NCBI RefSeq assembly: GCF_009914755.1
Contig: NC_060928.1
Length of the DNA: 64,000 bases
From: the human T2T-CHM13v2.0 reference genome, Homo sapiens
Reading direction: 5' to 3' (one strand)
Both the position numbers and the translations under genes were made by a program. The notes below the pieces were generated by a model that was given only the letters and a program-made list of their open reading frames with translations, had not been told where the DNA came from and did no database searches. Positions 27,371 through 42,788 of the stretch are shown here, one piece after another. Within the stretch, counting starts at the first letter, position 1, and every line of letters begins with the position of its first letter.

Positions 27371-27522
27371 GTGAGCTGGTGTGGAAACTCCTCCTCCAGG
27401 GGGGCCTTACCTGTGATTCTACCCACGGGGATGGTTAAGCCAGCAGGGATGGGAAGGGTTTGGTCCTGCTGGCCCTAGGCTTTCCTGCAGGCTGCCATGT
27501 GCCTTTCTTCTGCCTAGGCTGA

Positions 27523-28300
<778 letters not shown>

Positions 28301-28617
28301 CGTAGCTACATTTCTGTCAGCTGTTTGCAAACTGTGCCCCAGAATCCCCTGGAGGACTTGTAGAACCACCAGTTACTGGGTTACGCCCCCAAATGTCTGA
28401 TGCTGGAGATGAATTATCTTGGGTGGAGCCCTCAAGCCGCAGCAGCTGATAAGCATGGGGACCTCCTATTCTGATAAAAATTCCAAAAAAGTCCTGAGTG
28501 ATTAATAAACAGCACATTGAAAATTAGAAATGAGTTCTATGGCAGGGGATGAAACAGGCAACAAAGCCTATTTTCTTTGCAATGAAGCGCATCAGATATT
28601 AATAATAGCCATTGTAA

Positions 28618-29020
<403 letters not shown>

Positions 29021-29361
29021 TGAGGACAGAAAGATTGAGTGACACAGTTATGTCTCCTGCAGCTCTTGGTTCACATAGCCAGGATTCGTATCAATCTATT
29101 TAGCTCTAAATCTAGTCTCTTAATCACAGTAATGAACCGTTGACAGTTTTACGAGTAAATTATCAAGAGTTTTGATAGGTTTGCTCACTTAAATTAGTGC
29201 TTGTACAGTAATGGGCTGTGTTAGTGTGAAGGAATGTATCTTATGTTGGAAGTACTCTAGAATTAAATGTTAACTCTTGCTAATAAAGCATACATTTGGG
29301 GCATTATTAGCAACTTTTTTTTTTTTTTTTTAGCAAAATTAGAGGCTTCCTAGTTGAGTGG

Positions 29362-29680
29362 TTTATGTTATTTATATTTATTTATTTGTTTGTTTGTGAC
29401 AGGGTCTTGCTCTGTCACCCAGGCTGGAGTACAGTAAGTAGCACAATCATAGCTCACTGCAGCCTCGACCTCTTGGGCTCAAGCAGTCCCCTGCCTCAGC
29501 CTCCTAAGTGCCTGGGACCACAGGTGCGCATCACCACGCCCTGCTAAATGTTTACAGTTTTTGTAGAGACAGGGTCTCACCATGTTGCCCAGGCTGGTCT
29601 TGAACTCTTGAATTAAAGCAATCCTCTTGCTTCAGACTCCCAACATGCTGGGATTACAGGTTGTGCCACTGCGCCAGGCC
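29362..29680 (-). mobile_element. AluJ-like
   Basis: atcatagctcactgcagcctcgacctcttgggctcaagca (J diagnostics). Confidence 0.9.
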
Positions 29681-29914
29681 TCCATGTATTTGAATGAAAG
29701 AGCAGACATCTCCTGGAGGTGGCAAAGCTATGCATGCCCCCCCTGGAGGGGAGCTGGGGGCTCTGGGGTTACAGTGATGGCACATTCAGGGAGCTCTCCG
29801 CTTTGTGAGATCCTGAGATAAAGCCAAAGGATGCATTAAACTGCTTCTAAATGAACTTTTTCCAAGTGAATTTGTTATATCACTTCTATATAAATGAAAA
29901 TATTTGCAGCATGA

Positions 29915-30222
<308 letters not shown>

Positions 30223-31649
30223 AAGATTTTAAACATTATTTACCAAAGTAGGAACGTGGTAATTATGGTCTTATATAATTCTGAAAATGATTTCTAGTAC
30301 CAAACTATGAATTTTATACTTGAAAGAATGATGGGTTTTTCACAGAAAGTTGAAGTTATTATGGTTTGTTTCCTGTTCAGGTGTTTTTGCTGGAGAATGT
30401 TCGATGAACAGCAGTTCTGGTGATAAGTTATGGATGTACACAGCTGGTGTGGTTTTTAGGATTTTATTTTGCAGCAGCATCTTCCTCAAACAGTTGCCAG
30501 GGGACGGCTTTCCTTCTTCTTACTGGTACCAGCCTTTCTCTTGCAGACAAGGCAGTATGGGAGGGTTGGGAGACAAAACAGAAGCTGTTGGTTTCTTCAG
30601 CCTGGCAAGGATTCAGATTGCAGGTTGTAGATTGGAGGCCGTCAGTGGGGATACCTTTCCGGACAAAGTGGTGTTTCTGCCTGGCACTGCTTGCCAGAGA
30701 AGTTTCAGTTCTTCATTCTCCGTCAGAGAAACCCATATGGACCACATTCTGATAGTTTTCTTCTGTTTCCCTAACACCGAAGGCTCAGCCCCTGGTGCAG
30801 GTCCCAGTGTACAGCAGGCTGCATACAGTTAGACCAGATGTTCTTGTAGTACGAAAAGTCACCGAGTTTCCATTCACTTGTGGGTGGCAGGTATGGCCCT
30901 CCTTACCTCCCATGGCCCAGGTTTCTCTGTCCTGCCGTTTTCACATTTTCCAGGCTTTCACCTCCAGGTACCAAAATTCACATCATTTAGAGATTGTGTC
31001 TGCCTGCCAATACGCGGATGTACCAGTGAGGGATTGTTCTCGCCTGACGAGAGGTCTGGATGATGAGAGAGCAGAGCTGGCCCTGGGGCTCAGTGGTGAC
31101 ACCCTCGAGCTTGGCTGCTTCTGTTCTTCTGCTTCCTCTGCTTGGATTCCTTCACCTTTGGCTTCCCCTCCAGTTCCAAGCAGAACAAAACAGGAGATAT
31201 CAAGGAGGAAAGGGTGACCCCTCTATATCTGGAGAGCAAAACTGTCGCGGAAATCCCTAGTGTACTTCCATTTGTGTCTCATTATCTGAAACCGAGTTAC
31301 CTGGCTGGTCACGTGCAGCCACCAGAGGCAGGAAGGTAGTGATTCTGCCTGTGTGGAATGTTCTAGCATTCCCTGGTAGCTTTTGTTTCTTCAGGCAGCC
31401 ATGACTTTGCATAGATCATTTCCTTTTGCCCAGGACACTCCTGCTCGTTTTCTCCCCTCCTCACCAAACCCACAGTGCATTAACAGCGACAGACTTCTCC
31501 TCATCCTCTCAGGCCACTTGGATGTCACCATTTCTTCTCTTTACCCCTCAGGCGTAGTCAGCCTCTCTGTGCCTGATGTTTTATGGCTTTGTGTATGCCC
31601 CGATGGAGAGCGTCTTACTGTGTCTTCGGGTTATTTATCTCAACCTCGC

Positions 31650-31897
31650 ATCTGTGCTATCCTGTACAGTAACCAACAGCCACATATCACTATTTAAAAT
31701 TAAATACAAACTAATTATACTTAAATGTAATAAAAATGTAGCCCCTCACATTAGCCTCATTTCAAGAGCCACATGTGGCTACCGTATTGTAAGCAGAGCT
31801 CAAGAACATTCAGCAATATTGTGAGAGTGGCTACCATATTGAGAGCAGAGCTCTAGAACATTCCCTTATCCCAGAAAGTTCTCTTGGACATGCTGCT
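31650..31897. mobile_element. MER3-like hAT-Charlie MITE
   Basis: cagccacat...catttcaagagccacatgtggctacc...agaacatttcc...cagaaagttctcttggaca. Confidence 0.7.
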
Positions 31898-32864
31898 CAA
31901 GGTGGTGAACTCTGAGATCTCCAGTCCCCCCAGCTCCGTCACTCAGAACCACAAATGTGGCACCATCAGCCTTCAGGGTGGTGCTTGTGTTGTACTGTCT
32001 CCTGACTAAAGAAGTAAACTTCAGGCAGTCAAGATTTTCTACAACCCACACTGCTCCTAAAACTAGTGTTACTGGATATGTAAAAGCTATTGAGCCCAGT
32101 GCTTTCAAGGAATCCTAAAAGCAAGTGGGGACTGTCATGTATCCAGGTTCCTTGTTTTGCAGAAGAAGAAATAGAGGCTTTAGGGGAAAGGGGTCCACTC
32201 AAGGTCATACAGGCAAGGTCATACAGTCAGTGGTAGAATGGACTGGAATCTTGATTGTTCATCTCACTCCCCTTTCCATTAAGCCATAACTGATTGAGTA
32301 TCACCAACCTGTTTGTTTTCCCTGATTATGTTCCCTTCTCGCCTGTTTAATCAGGTTTCAGCTCCTTGTGAGAGGAAGTTGTTTTCAGCTTCTTAGCCCC
32401 CTACCTGTAGGTGGTGCTCTGGGAACGCTCAGGAAGCAGATGCATGTGAGCCTGTCTCAGCCAATGATTGCTTAGTTGCAAGAAACAAAAAAATGACTCA
32501 AACTAGCTTAATCAAAAGGAGGCTTTTAAACAGCAAGATAAGGGTAAAGGCTGGGAACTAGGAAGTTGTCAGGAACCAAGGCTGTCTCTCTGGATCTCTC
32601 TTTGAGGCCATGTAATTTTTTTTTCCTCTCGGTCTCTTTATTCTGCACACCAGCTCACCCAGCTTGCTTGTTACTATATGCAGTCATGCCAACCCCCAGA
32701 TCTGTATGACCTGTTAGCCTCAGGGGCACCCACGTAGCTGGCTGCCAATCTGTGTTTTCTTCCAGGTTTCGAGAGGGAGAAATGATTGGCCCAGCTCAGG
32801 GTCACTTACCCAGGGAGAGGTGGGGGAAGTATGGAGGCACCGTGGTATCAGGGAACCCCTGGGC

Positions 32865-33032
32865 CAAGCTTGTCCAACCCGCGGCCTGCTTTCTTTCATT
32901 TTTTCTGTTTTTTGTTTTGTTTTGTTTTGTTTTTTTACAGCTCATCAGCTATTGTTAGTGTATTTTATGTGTGGCCCAAGACAATTCTTCTTCTGCTGTG
33001 GCTCAGGGAAGCCAAAAGATTGGCCACCCCTG
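32865..33032. mobile_element. MER30 hAT MITE
   Basis: caagcttgtccaacccgcggcc...gctcatcagctattgttagtgtattttatgtgtggcccaagacaattcttctt...aaaagattggccacccctg. 8-nt TSD-like ccctgggc/tcctaggc. Confidence 0.88.
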
Positions 33033-35659
33033 TCCTAGGCCATTATCTGGGCTGTGGGAGGTGTGGAGCAGGGTCAGAGCTGGAGGGGGAGGGCATAGCC
33101 TCCAGCCACCATAAGTTGGTGTGTTCTTGGTAATTATATTGCTTGTCAACCGAAGGCAGAATCAGGACAATGAAAGTAATGAGAATCCCTAGCTTTGTAA
33201 CAGTTAGTGGTTATCTAAAAGTAGGTGAAATTGTACATGAGTGAGTGGCATGAATTTCTTATTACTAAAGTGCTCAGATAGCTGGCTAACTTTCTGTCAA
33301 AGATCCCTCTGCTAGGATCAACATTTGATTAATATATTTATCCTGTAATAAGAATTTGGGATTCTTAAAGCAAAATAGTTGTCATGTGGCTGACTACACA
33401 ACCAAAGATGGTCCAGGTGTCGCTGGAAGAGGAGAGACTGAAGAGCTGTTGCCAGGTTCCCACGTGGACCTTCGGCATGACCCGGCCATGGGGAGGCCTC
33501 ACACGCTCCTGCATCGCCCACATCTTGCCAAGCCATGGAAAACACTTGGGATTCATATCTAAATCCTAGTTTAAGCTTGGTGAGGACAGTGGCCTGGTGC
33601 AGAGTTTGGGTCATAGATGGTGCTTGGTTTCTTTTGTATAAAGGGGTATATGATTTTGGAATATTTACCAAATGTGGGCATTTTTTCTATAAAAATTATT
33701 GTATCTACTGAGATTATAGTATGTAAAAAAAACATACACATGGAGAAAGAATACAAAGAGAGCATTGATATTCTACAGAAGTGGCAAGAAGATGTGGTGA
33801 TAGGTGATATTTTTGCCTTTTGTTTCAATTTTGTATTGTAGTGACTTTTTTGGTAGAAAAAACTAATTTCTAATTAAGGGAGAAACATTTGAAGTACATT
33901 TAGTCTTTCTAGAAAACCTCATCTTCTCATAGAAGTTTAAGATGGAGACATACTTCCATTGTGAATCATGATGCTAACCAGTATTCAGATTTGTTGGAAA
34001 TGGACTCAGTTTTAAAATTGCTTCTCTCTTGTGGGCTGGAACTGCAAATGATTGTTTGGGGATTTTTCCCCTTTTCTTCTATGGAGTTATTCAACTTGGC
34101 ATGACCAGTGATTTGAGCTGAGAACATGGAACCCTTGATTTGCAGAAATCAAGCCCCCAAAGGTACAGATACAGTGGTCATTGTCTGAAGGGTTTCTTTT
34201 GTTCTTGGCCCTCCTGTCCCTGCTCTTACTGTGGCAGCTGCAGCTGCAGGTGCCTCTGAAGCCTTGCCATCCATGGTCACTTCCTGCCTGCTCCCCACCC
34301 ACCCCTGGGAAAGAGCCCCCAAGTGTCCAAAAGCACTGTGTTGCCTAATGCTTGTTGAGAGTCTACATTTCTCTAGATCTAGCAGAAGTAAAATTTCAGT
34401 TTGTTATATTTATAGTTTCAGGAATAGTTTGGGAATGGATTTAATAAAAAATTTAAAAGCCCATCATTTTTATATCTCTTTTTCGATATTTGATGGTTTA
34501 AAAGACATCAAAGTTATCTTCTCCCATTACTCATCCTATACAATTAAAACCTGTTTTTTGAAGTTGTAATAGGTAAGTTAGCCTTAGGTCACCCCATATT
34601 TATGTAAACTCCAGCCCACTGCCACAGCTACTTTGATTGTGATCTGTCATTGTGTTACCCACTGTAGGGCAGAAATGGTTCCTGCCTCATGCCGTTGCTG
34701 CTTTACTCTTCCTGAAGTGGTGTGGTTCTGTCTCTGTAGTCCTTGGCACACTGTAGGTTCTCAGATGGCAGGGTGAAAAGTTCTTCTGTTTGCTTAAATC
34801 TCTCATAATACCCTGAGTCTGTGGAGCTCAATAAATTCTACTTGGTATTATTGATAGATTATTTGGAGCCTTTTATGTTAGAAAAGGGATTCTTAATCCA
34901 ATGCTCCGTTTTACAGATGAGAAGACTGAGGCTCAAAGACCATACCCCCAGGAGCCATGATTTGCACTGTATTTAGGAATAGTGTCTAGGGTCAGCACCT
35001 GGTGTTGGCCGACTGCAGAGCAGCCTGGTTAGGAGCCCTGGGGTTGGGCGGGTCTGGGCTGCTGGTGCCACAGCAGTCTCCCTCCCCTGGGACTTTGGGC
35101 CTGCTACCCACCCCTGTTCCTTCCTTTGTGAGATAGGGCTAGCAGTAACTGTCTTGTTTCATCAGAGGCAGTATTGCATAATGAATGAGAGCTGGGGCCT
35201 AAATTAGGCACAAGTGCAAGCCCTCAGAAAACTATGTACACCTAGAGAGAGAGAGAGACACACGTCTGTATGACAGAGAGGCAGGGTTTGGGAATGTTCT
35301 GATTTCATGTTTTGAATTGGTGTGACCTTTGGGAGGATATCCTTGGAATCGCAGAGCTTCGTTTACATCATGACTTTCCTGCCCACCCACATTTTCTGAG
35401 AGGCCAGAGTTTTAAATGTGGACCCCGTGAGCTTTTCTCTGTTGCCTCATTTTGGCCTGTGGCCTTTTGTTTTCTTGGTATGTCATGAGGCAAAATAAAA
35501 TGAAACTCAGTGCTGGTTAATAACTCCCATCATAATGTATATTTCTGTGAATGGCTTTTTAGCCATTTGAGAGGAAAAAGGGTCATGTAAATTTCAGAAA
35601 GGCCTGATTGGCTGGAGAGTCAGTGTAGTGTCACAGTTAAGAGTATAGATTTAAAAAAA

Positions 35660-36650
35660 ATTTTTTATTGTGGTAAAAAACATAAACATAATACTACCAT
35701 CTAAACCATATTTAAGTATAAAGTTCAGTAGTGTTAAGTATATTCACATTGTTGTGCAATGGATCTGCAGAATTTTTCATCTTGTTAAACTGAAACTCTA
35801 TGCCCAATAAACAACTCCTATTCCCCCTCTCCCAGCCCCTGGCAACCACCATTCTACTTTCTGTTTCTCTGAGTTTGACTACTGTAGATAACTCATTTAA
35901 GTAGAGTCATATGGTATTTGTCTTCTTATTTCTGGTTTATTTCGCTTAGCATAATGTCCTCAAGGTTCATTCACGTTGTAGCATATGACAGGATTTCTCT
36001 CTTTTTTTTCCGCCTTTTTTTTGAGTTATATTCTGTTGTATGTATATTTAACATTTTCTTCATTCATCTGTTGACATTCATCTGCTTCCACCTTCCACCT
36101 TTTGGCTATTGTGAAGACTGCAGCTATGAACATGGGTGTGCAAATGTCTCTTCAAGATCCTGCTTTCAGTTCTTTCGGATATGTACCCAGAAGTGGGTTT
36201 GCTGGATCGATCATAGTGTAGTTCTGTGAGTAACCCTCATACTGTTTTCTGCAGCTGCTGTACCATTTTACATTCCCACCAACAGTGCCCAAGGGCTCCA
36301 GTTCCTCTACACCCTCACCCACACTTGTAATCTTCTGGATTGCAGATTTTCTGGATCAATCTTCTGGATTACACTTGATTTTCTGTGTTGGGCCTGGATG
36401 TTTAGAACAGTATCCCTCCTTTGGAGTGGTAAATATGTAAGTTTTTATTATAAAATAATGGCCATCCTAGTGAGCGTGAGGTAATATCTCATTGTGGTTT
36501 TGATTTCCTTCATAGTTAATGTGGTTGGGCATCATTTCATGTCCTGGTCGGCCATTTATGTTTCATATTTGGGGAAATGTCTTTTCAAGTCTCAAGTCCT
36601 TTGCCCATTTTTTAATTGAGTTATTTGATTTTCTACTGTTGAGTATGGAT
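35660..36650 (-). mobile_element. L1MB-type 3' end
   Basis: ttttttattgtggtaaaa...gtatattcacattgttgtgcaa...cccagcccctggcaaccaccattctactttctgtttct...cattcccaccaacagtg. Confidence 0.9.
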
Positions 36651-37813
36651 TATTAAATCAGACTGGCCTGAACTTAAATCATGGCCCTTCCATTTTTGAC
36701 CAAAAGCAGCTGTGTGTCCCATTTGTGCCTTGGTTTCTTCGGTGTAATGCCGGCATAATGATAGCCCCACCTTGTAGTTAAGAGTGTTGGGGCAGTCAGT
36801 GAGGAAGCACTCACTCCACAGGAGCTTGTTACGTAAGGAGAAGGCAGCCGGTCCATTCCTAATAGGGGTCTGAAGGAAGGAAGAAGGGCTGAAGGAAGTA
36901 AAAAGAGCCTCCTCCATGAATGGCAGCCATTCTTGAAATCCACCTTGGCTGCCTTCATTTTTAATGTCAGTGGACTTTTAAGACAACCAAAAGGATGTTC
37001 TTGGATGACCAGAGACTGTGGCAGAGGGAGGATGGTCACATTGCCAAGGATCTCTCTCAACCTCTTGGATAGTGTGCTGCTGGTAGTTTGCACAATTGCT
37101 TCAGCTTTTTGGCAAAGTACATGTAAAATCCTGAAGTCACTGCCAGAGGAAACCTGGTTCCTGAGATAGCAGCTTGATGCTCCTGCCCCATCCCAGGTGC
37201 ACACCTCACTGGGCAGCTCTGGCTCTGAATTGAGGGACAGCAAAAACCTCTAACCAACCATACTGAAAAGCAGGCATTGGGGGCTTTAGGGGAAGGTTCT
37301 TTTCAAAACTCATGATGGGGAGAGACCAAAGACTGGGAATCATTGTAAAGAAGTTAGTCATAGATGCTTCACTCTTTACAATCATCCCAACACAAGGTTA
37401 AACAACATGCAGTTTTCACGATGTCCCAGAAAGCGACGAGTGCAGTGAGGTGAAACGTGGCCATCTGAGCACACAATGACCAGGCTTGGAAGGATCGATT
37501 TCCCCTGTGCTGGCCCTCAGAATTTAAGGCACAACTTTTAAGCTGAGTGTGCAGCACTCGATTTTCTATGTTGGGCCTGGATGTTTAGAAAAGTATCTCT
37601 CCTTCAGAGTGGTAAATATGCAAATTTTTTACTGAATTACTTCATTTAATCAAAGCAGCCGACTTCTCCTGCCTCCCCTGTTTCTGTCTTGGGGTTGAAT
37701 ATTTGGTCCCATGTAACAACTCTTGATTCTTAATGATGCCACATGGAAGCTGTGTGTGCTGGGATTTGCCATATTCAGTTATGGTCAGTAGAGACTTTCT
37801 TAGTCTCTCTCTC

Positions 37814-38107
37814 TTTTTTTTTTTTTTTGAGACAAATTCTTGCTCTGTCACCCAGGCTGGAGTGCAGTGGCCCAATCTTGGCTCGCTGCAACCTCTGCCT
37901 CCGGGTTCAAATGATTCTCCTGCCTCAGCCTCCCGAGTAGCTGGGATTGCAGGCACGCGCCACCATACTTGGCTAATTTTTGTATTTTTAGTAGAGACAG
38001 GGTTTTGCCATGTTGTCCAGACTAGTCTTGAACTCCTGACCTCGTCATCCGCCTGCCTTGGTCTCCCAAAGTGCTGGGATTACAGGCGTGAGCCACCGCG
38101 CCTGGCC
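37814..38107 (-). mobile_element. Alu (Sg-like)
   Basis: Antisense Alu, 15-nt TSD gtcagtagagacttt. Confidence 0.94.
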
Positions 38108-39093
38108 ACAGTCAGTAGAGACTTTTGAAAGGAAATATTACCTCTTTAATGATGTTTTTAGTCCAAGTAAATTGTGGTAATGTTTAAGAAATTTGCTTAC
38201 CACAAAAACAGTTTTCAAGGAGCATTTGAACTTGTCCACTTTAAGTCATAAAATGGATTAAAGTGTTTGAAATCTATTGGGATTGTAAATTTATGTCAGT
38301 GTACTGACTTTCAAGAGATCTTGATGATCATGTCGTCTGTTTTCATTTTCTACTACATGAGAACATTGAAGCCTGAAACTTAACACAAACCCGAGTTCCC
38401 CACTTGCCTAAGAGTCATGGATACCTAAAAAGTATGCTACTTCCCAAGTTGATTTCTTTCAGGATATGGGCCCTTCAAAGGAAAGCAGTGAGGCTGGGGT
38501 TTTCCAGGTGGAAAGGTCACATTTCCACATATAACTCAGCGAACATTGTGTTGGGTTGGGAGAAGAATTGGTTCACTATTTTAAACTTTTTGTTTCATCT
38601 TGAGGACTTCCCCATCCCCTCTCCTCCGCAAAGCACAAAAGTATTTCCTAATTTTTAAGTCATGGGCTTCCTTTAATGGATTCTGAACTCAGATCACGTC
38701 CAGATAAGCATTGTGTAATGGGATGGGTGGGGTTAGATATTTTAGTCACAGATGCATGAGAGGAGGGAGGGTGGAGGACAGCAAAGTTTATAACTGGAGC
38801 CTATAGTAGTTTATCTCTTGTCATCGGCCAGGTCACAGAGTCTCACTTCAGGACAGCTGTGCAAGCAGAACCCCCATCACGGTTTTCTTGATGCCTTTGA
38901 CAGTCACCTGTACATGCCTCTGGGACCTTTCCTCCTCCTTTCTCTTTTTGTTTTTTTTCCCTTGGTCACATGTTTCATTCTACTAAATGTCTAACCAGCT
39001 CTTCTCTGTAAATTACAGAGCTGTGATGGCACCTTGCTTGTTGATTATTTCTGGTTGAATAGTTTCCAATGGGACTTCTCTGGAGATAAGTCC

Positions 39094-39457
39094 TGTATTA
39101 GTCCGTTCTCACACTGCTAATAAAAACATACCTGAGACTGGGTAATTTATAAAGGAAAGAGGTTGACTCACAGTTCAGCATGGCTGGGGAGACCTCAGGA
39201 AACTTACAATCGTGGTGGAAGGGGAAGCAAACATGTCCTTCACATGGCAGCAGGAGAGAGAAGTGCCGAGCAAAAGGGGGGAAAGCCCTTTATAAAACCA
39301 TCAGATCTCATGAGAACTAACTCACTATCATGAGAACAGGATGGGGGAAACTGCCCCCATGATTAAATTATCTCTGCCTGGTCCCTCCCATGACATGGGG
39401 ATTATGAGAACTACAATTCAAGATGAGAATTGGTGGTGACATAGCCAAACCACATTA
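39094..39457 (-). mobile_element. THE1 (MaLR) solo LTR
   Basis: tgtattagtccgttctcacactgctaataaaaacatacctgagactgggtaatttataaagg...aattcaagatgaga...agccaaaccacatta, about 360 nt. Confidence 0.93.
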
Positions 39458-41482
39458 AATCCCAAGTGCGCATGTCTGGCCCTGATCCCTTTATGTGAGA
39501 CTGGGGTCATGATCCTCCCGCACCCGTCTTCTGAGCCCTATTCCTACTTGGGCATGCTTAGGCACTTCAGCATCTGCATCCCATTGATGTCTTAAGGGTG
39601 GTTCCAGACCTTGGAGGTACACACGACACACTGCTGATGAAAACCTAGAATATAGAATGGAAGTTACATTTATTCATAGAGTGAAAATCCAAAAATAGAC
39701 CAGAGAGAAGATATGAAAATATCAAGAATGCTTATCTTAGGGAGGTAGGATTATAGGTAACTTTTTTTTTCCTTAGATAAATATATAGATAGATATATTA
39801 GTGTTTACAGTTTCTCTGCCACCAACCAAAATATTTTTTTCAGGAGGAAAAAAAACCCCAGCCAGCCAACATACCTAAAAACCATCTCCTGGGCCCGAGA
39901 GGGAAAAATTGGGCTCCTTTTCTTGAAATTGCCATTTGTGCCACTGTTGTATTATTTTACCAGTAACTCCAGATTCCAGGCTCCTGTATCTGAGTTCTCT
40001 CTCCTTCCACAGTGGAGCTCATACCTTCCTGTTTCCTGGCTGCCACTCAGATTTAGGCTCCGTTTTTCAGACCTCAGTGGCTGTAATAGCTGTTCCTTCT
40101 ACCTCTTAGGATGGTTCTTTCTGTAATAGCCTTTGTCATCACATCATCAGAGGATGATAGCTCTTAATGAGGATCTAAAATTTGCAGGTAAGATATCCCT
40201 GCCTCTGACATGAGATAGATGTATTGCATGCTATTTAACATACAACTATACTGAGTGTGCAGTTGTATGTAAAAGCATTGTTCTAGGTATTGGGTTGAAA
40301 GTGGATCAAATGCTAGACAAAGGAGCGTACAAGTCTTGTAAGGAAGACAGCTGCCAAGAGAGAAGAAAGGATGGGGAAATGCTGCGTCTACTAAGTTCAA
40401 GGTTCTGAATTGGAAAGCTGCAGCTATTGAGGAGAAGAGTCTTTTAAAATTCCTAAAGGGTTTTTGTTATCTTTTATTGATGCAAATGCTATTTTGTGGC
40501 ATAAACCTTAATAATTTTGGGGTTGAAACTCTTATCAGGATAAAATGATCCTTTTCTATCCCAAGCTTAATAAATATTGTTTAAGTACAAATTAAATATA
40601 TGAAATCTGCCCATCTATATTATAAATGTCATATGGCAGAAATTATACCTTGACTTTTGGTTCTTTCACAAAACCTTAATTTTTTTTTTTTTTTTTTGCC
40701 TTCAATGAATTTTGTCTGATTTTACATTAAAAGCCTGTAATTTCTCAAGTCTTGAGTCTGGGGAGCCGTCGTCATCCTTTTTTCCCCTCTCCCTTGTCTT
40801 CTGGATGTTCAAGCGATTTTAATTAGATGTTGGGCTTTTATGTCAAGTGCTGGCATTGCACTCCATGATAATCCAGGGACTCGGAAGCACATGTTATGCG
40901 TCACCCTGGGTTGGTGCAGTGGAACTGGGGTGGGTTGGAAGTAGTATTCTAAATCTGCTTCCTGCGATGGGGTAGGTCAGGTTGTCCTGTGTTGACAAGG
41001 AAGAAGTCTGGGTGAGGAAGCGGGATGAAAGCAGACCAGACGCTAGAGTCCACTTTCAAGTCCGATCCCAGGACCTGGCTTAAAGTTAAAGAACAGCAAA
41101 GATGAAAGGTGCCGCACAGCAGCACAGGTCGGTGGCCACGTTAATGACATAGAAAGCAAGTGCTGTGAATTCAAAAGAAAGGACAGCTCTGAGCCAGAGT
41201 ACTTGGTGACTTTGCTCAAACAAATCCCTTTCTGGCACCCCCAGGCCTTCCCTCCCGCTTCAAAAAAATTCTGAATTGTGCCAATCCATTGAGGCTCAGC
41301 TCAAGGCCATCCCATGCCTTTCCATCGTAATAAAGCCTTGTTTCCTGGGCTTTAAACATATTCCTTTTTTCTTAGGTACAGATTGAACTTTTTTAAAAGG
41401 GAAGTTGTCAGAGGCTCTGTAAAACGTTAAATCAAACCTGCTTTGTTTTAGGGATGGGGTAGCTTGGAATCAGATTTGCTCC

Positions 41483-41850
41483 TGCTATGGACTGAACATT
41501 TGTGTCCCCCCAAAATTCCTATGTTGAAGCCCTAATGCACAGTGTTATGGTGTTTGAAGGGAGGCCCTTGGGAGGTGATTAAGTTTAGATGAGATTGTGT
41601 GAGTGAAGCCCTCATGAATGGGATTACTGTCATCCCAAAAAGAGGTAGAGACCCCAGAGCTTCCTCTCTCTTCACCCTGTGAGGATACAGCAAGAAGGAA
41701 GCTCTCTGCAAGTCAGGAAGAGAGAGGGCTCTCACTAGAATACACTTGTACTGCCACCCTGATCTTGGACTTCCCCTCCAGAACTGTGAGAAACAAATGT
41801 GTGTTGTTTAAGCCACCCAGTCCCTATGATTTTATTAGAGCAGCCCGAGC
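41483..41850 (+). mobile_element. MLT1A-like (MaLR) solo LTR
   Basis: tgctatggactgaacatttgtgtccccccaaaattcctatgttgaagccctaa...ccagaactgtgagaaacaaat...gttgtttaagccacccagt. Confidence 0.88.
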
Positions 41851-42491
41851 TCCATTCTCCACTCCCTGGCTTCCTGCATGGACTTTGCAACCAGAGCTTC
41901 ACGGGGTATAGTTTAATAGCTGTTTCTCTGTAACATAGCCACTTTTCTCTTTCCAGGTCTAGTTTTGACCCTCATAACACTTTGTTAGGGGAGATTTGAG
42001 GGTGAGGAAGTTGGCTTGCTTTTCTTTTCACCATGTCTCAGTAGAAACAGAAGCAGAAAGGCCCTGAGATACTGAGCCCACCTTTCTCAGCAGGGTGTGA
42101 CAGCCCGGAGTACCCTGGGCTGAGGAGGCCAGGGCTGGAGGGGAGGCTCCCACGGTGGAGGGGTTGAAAGCTGGGTTGTAATGAGCTGCTTTTCTGTAGA
42201 TGCCTAAATGATGTGGGTTGAGAAATCGTGATCTTAGCTTTTAGTAGTATATTTTTCTGTTTATGTTAGGTGAGTCATCAGTCTGTCTCTGACTATGTTC
42301 AGATCTGGAAGTTTTCTGGAAGGAAATTTGTTATTGCTGTAATAGTGTAGGTTGTTGATCTGGATTAGCAGGGAGCGGCCCCTTAATACATTCTTAAGAA
42401 AATGGTATTTAGTTCAGTCTTTGGCTTTGAACTTTGCCTTTGACAAAGATGAAAGTGCGACTTGACTGGTGTTTGAAAAACATGGTGATAT

Positions 42492-42788
42492 GGCCAGGTG
42501 TGGTGGCTCATGCCTGTATCCCAGCACGTTGGGAGGCCGAGGCGGGCAGATCACCTGAGATCAGGAGTTCGACACCTGACTTGGTCAACGTGGTGAAACC
42601 TCATCTCTACTTAAAATACAAAAAAATTAGCCAGGTGTGGTGGTGTGCACCCATAATTGCAGCTACTTGGGAGGCTGAGGCAAGGGAATCACTTGAACCC
42701 TGGAAGGCGGAGGTTGCAATGAGCCAAGATTGTGCCATTGCAGTCCAGCCTGGGCAACAAGAGCGAGACTCCATCTCAAAAAAAAAAA
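42492..42788 (+). mobile_element. Alu (Sq/Sp-like)
   Basis: Dimeric Alu with gggcaacaagagcgagactcc and A tail. Confidence 0.94.

Noticed and set aside
30350-31697. Run of overlapping + strand ORFs up to 160 aa
   Set aside because: Mostly non-ATG starts, Cys/Ser/Phe-rich non-coding composition and no convincing splice sites.
32200-32226. caaggtcatacag duplicated
   Set aside because: A trivial 13-nt slippage inside a MIR-like sequence.
36674-37243. Longest ORF in the track (189 aa, minus strand)
   Set aside because: No recognisable domain or splice context, and it is antisense intronic. The length is plausible by chance in 64 kb over six frames.
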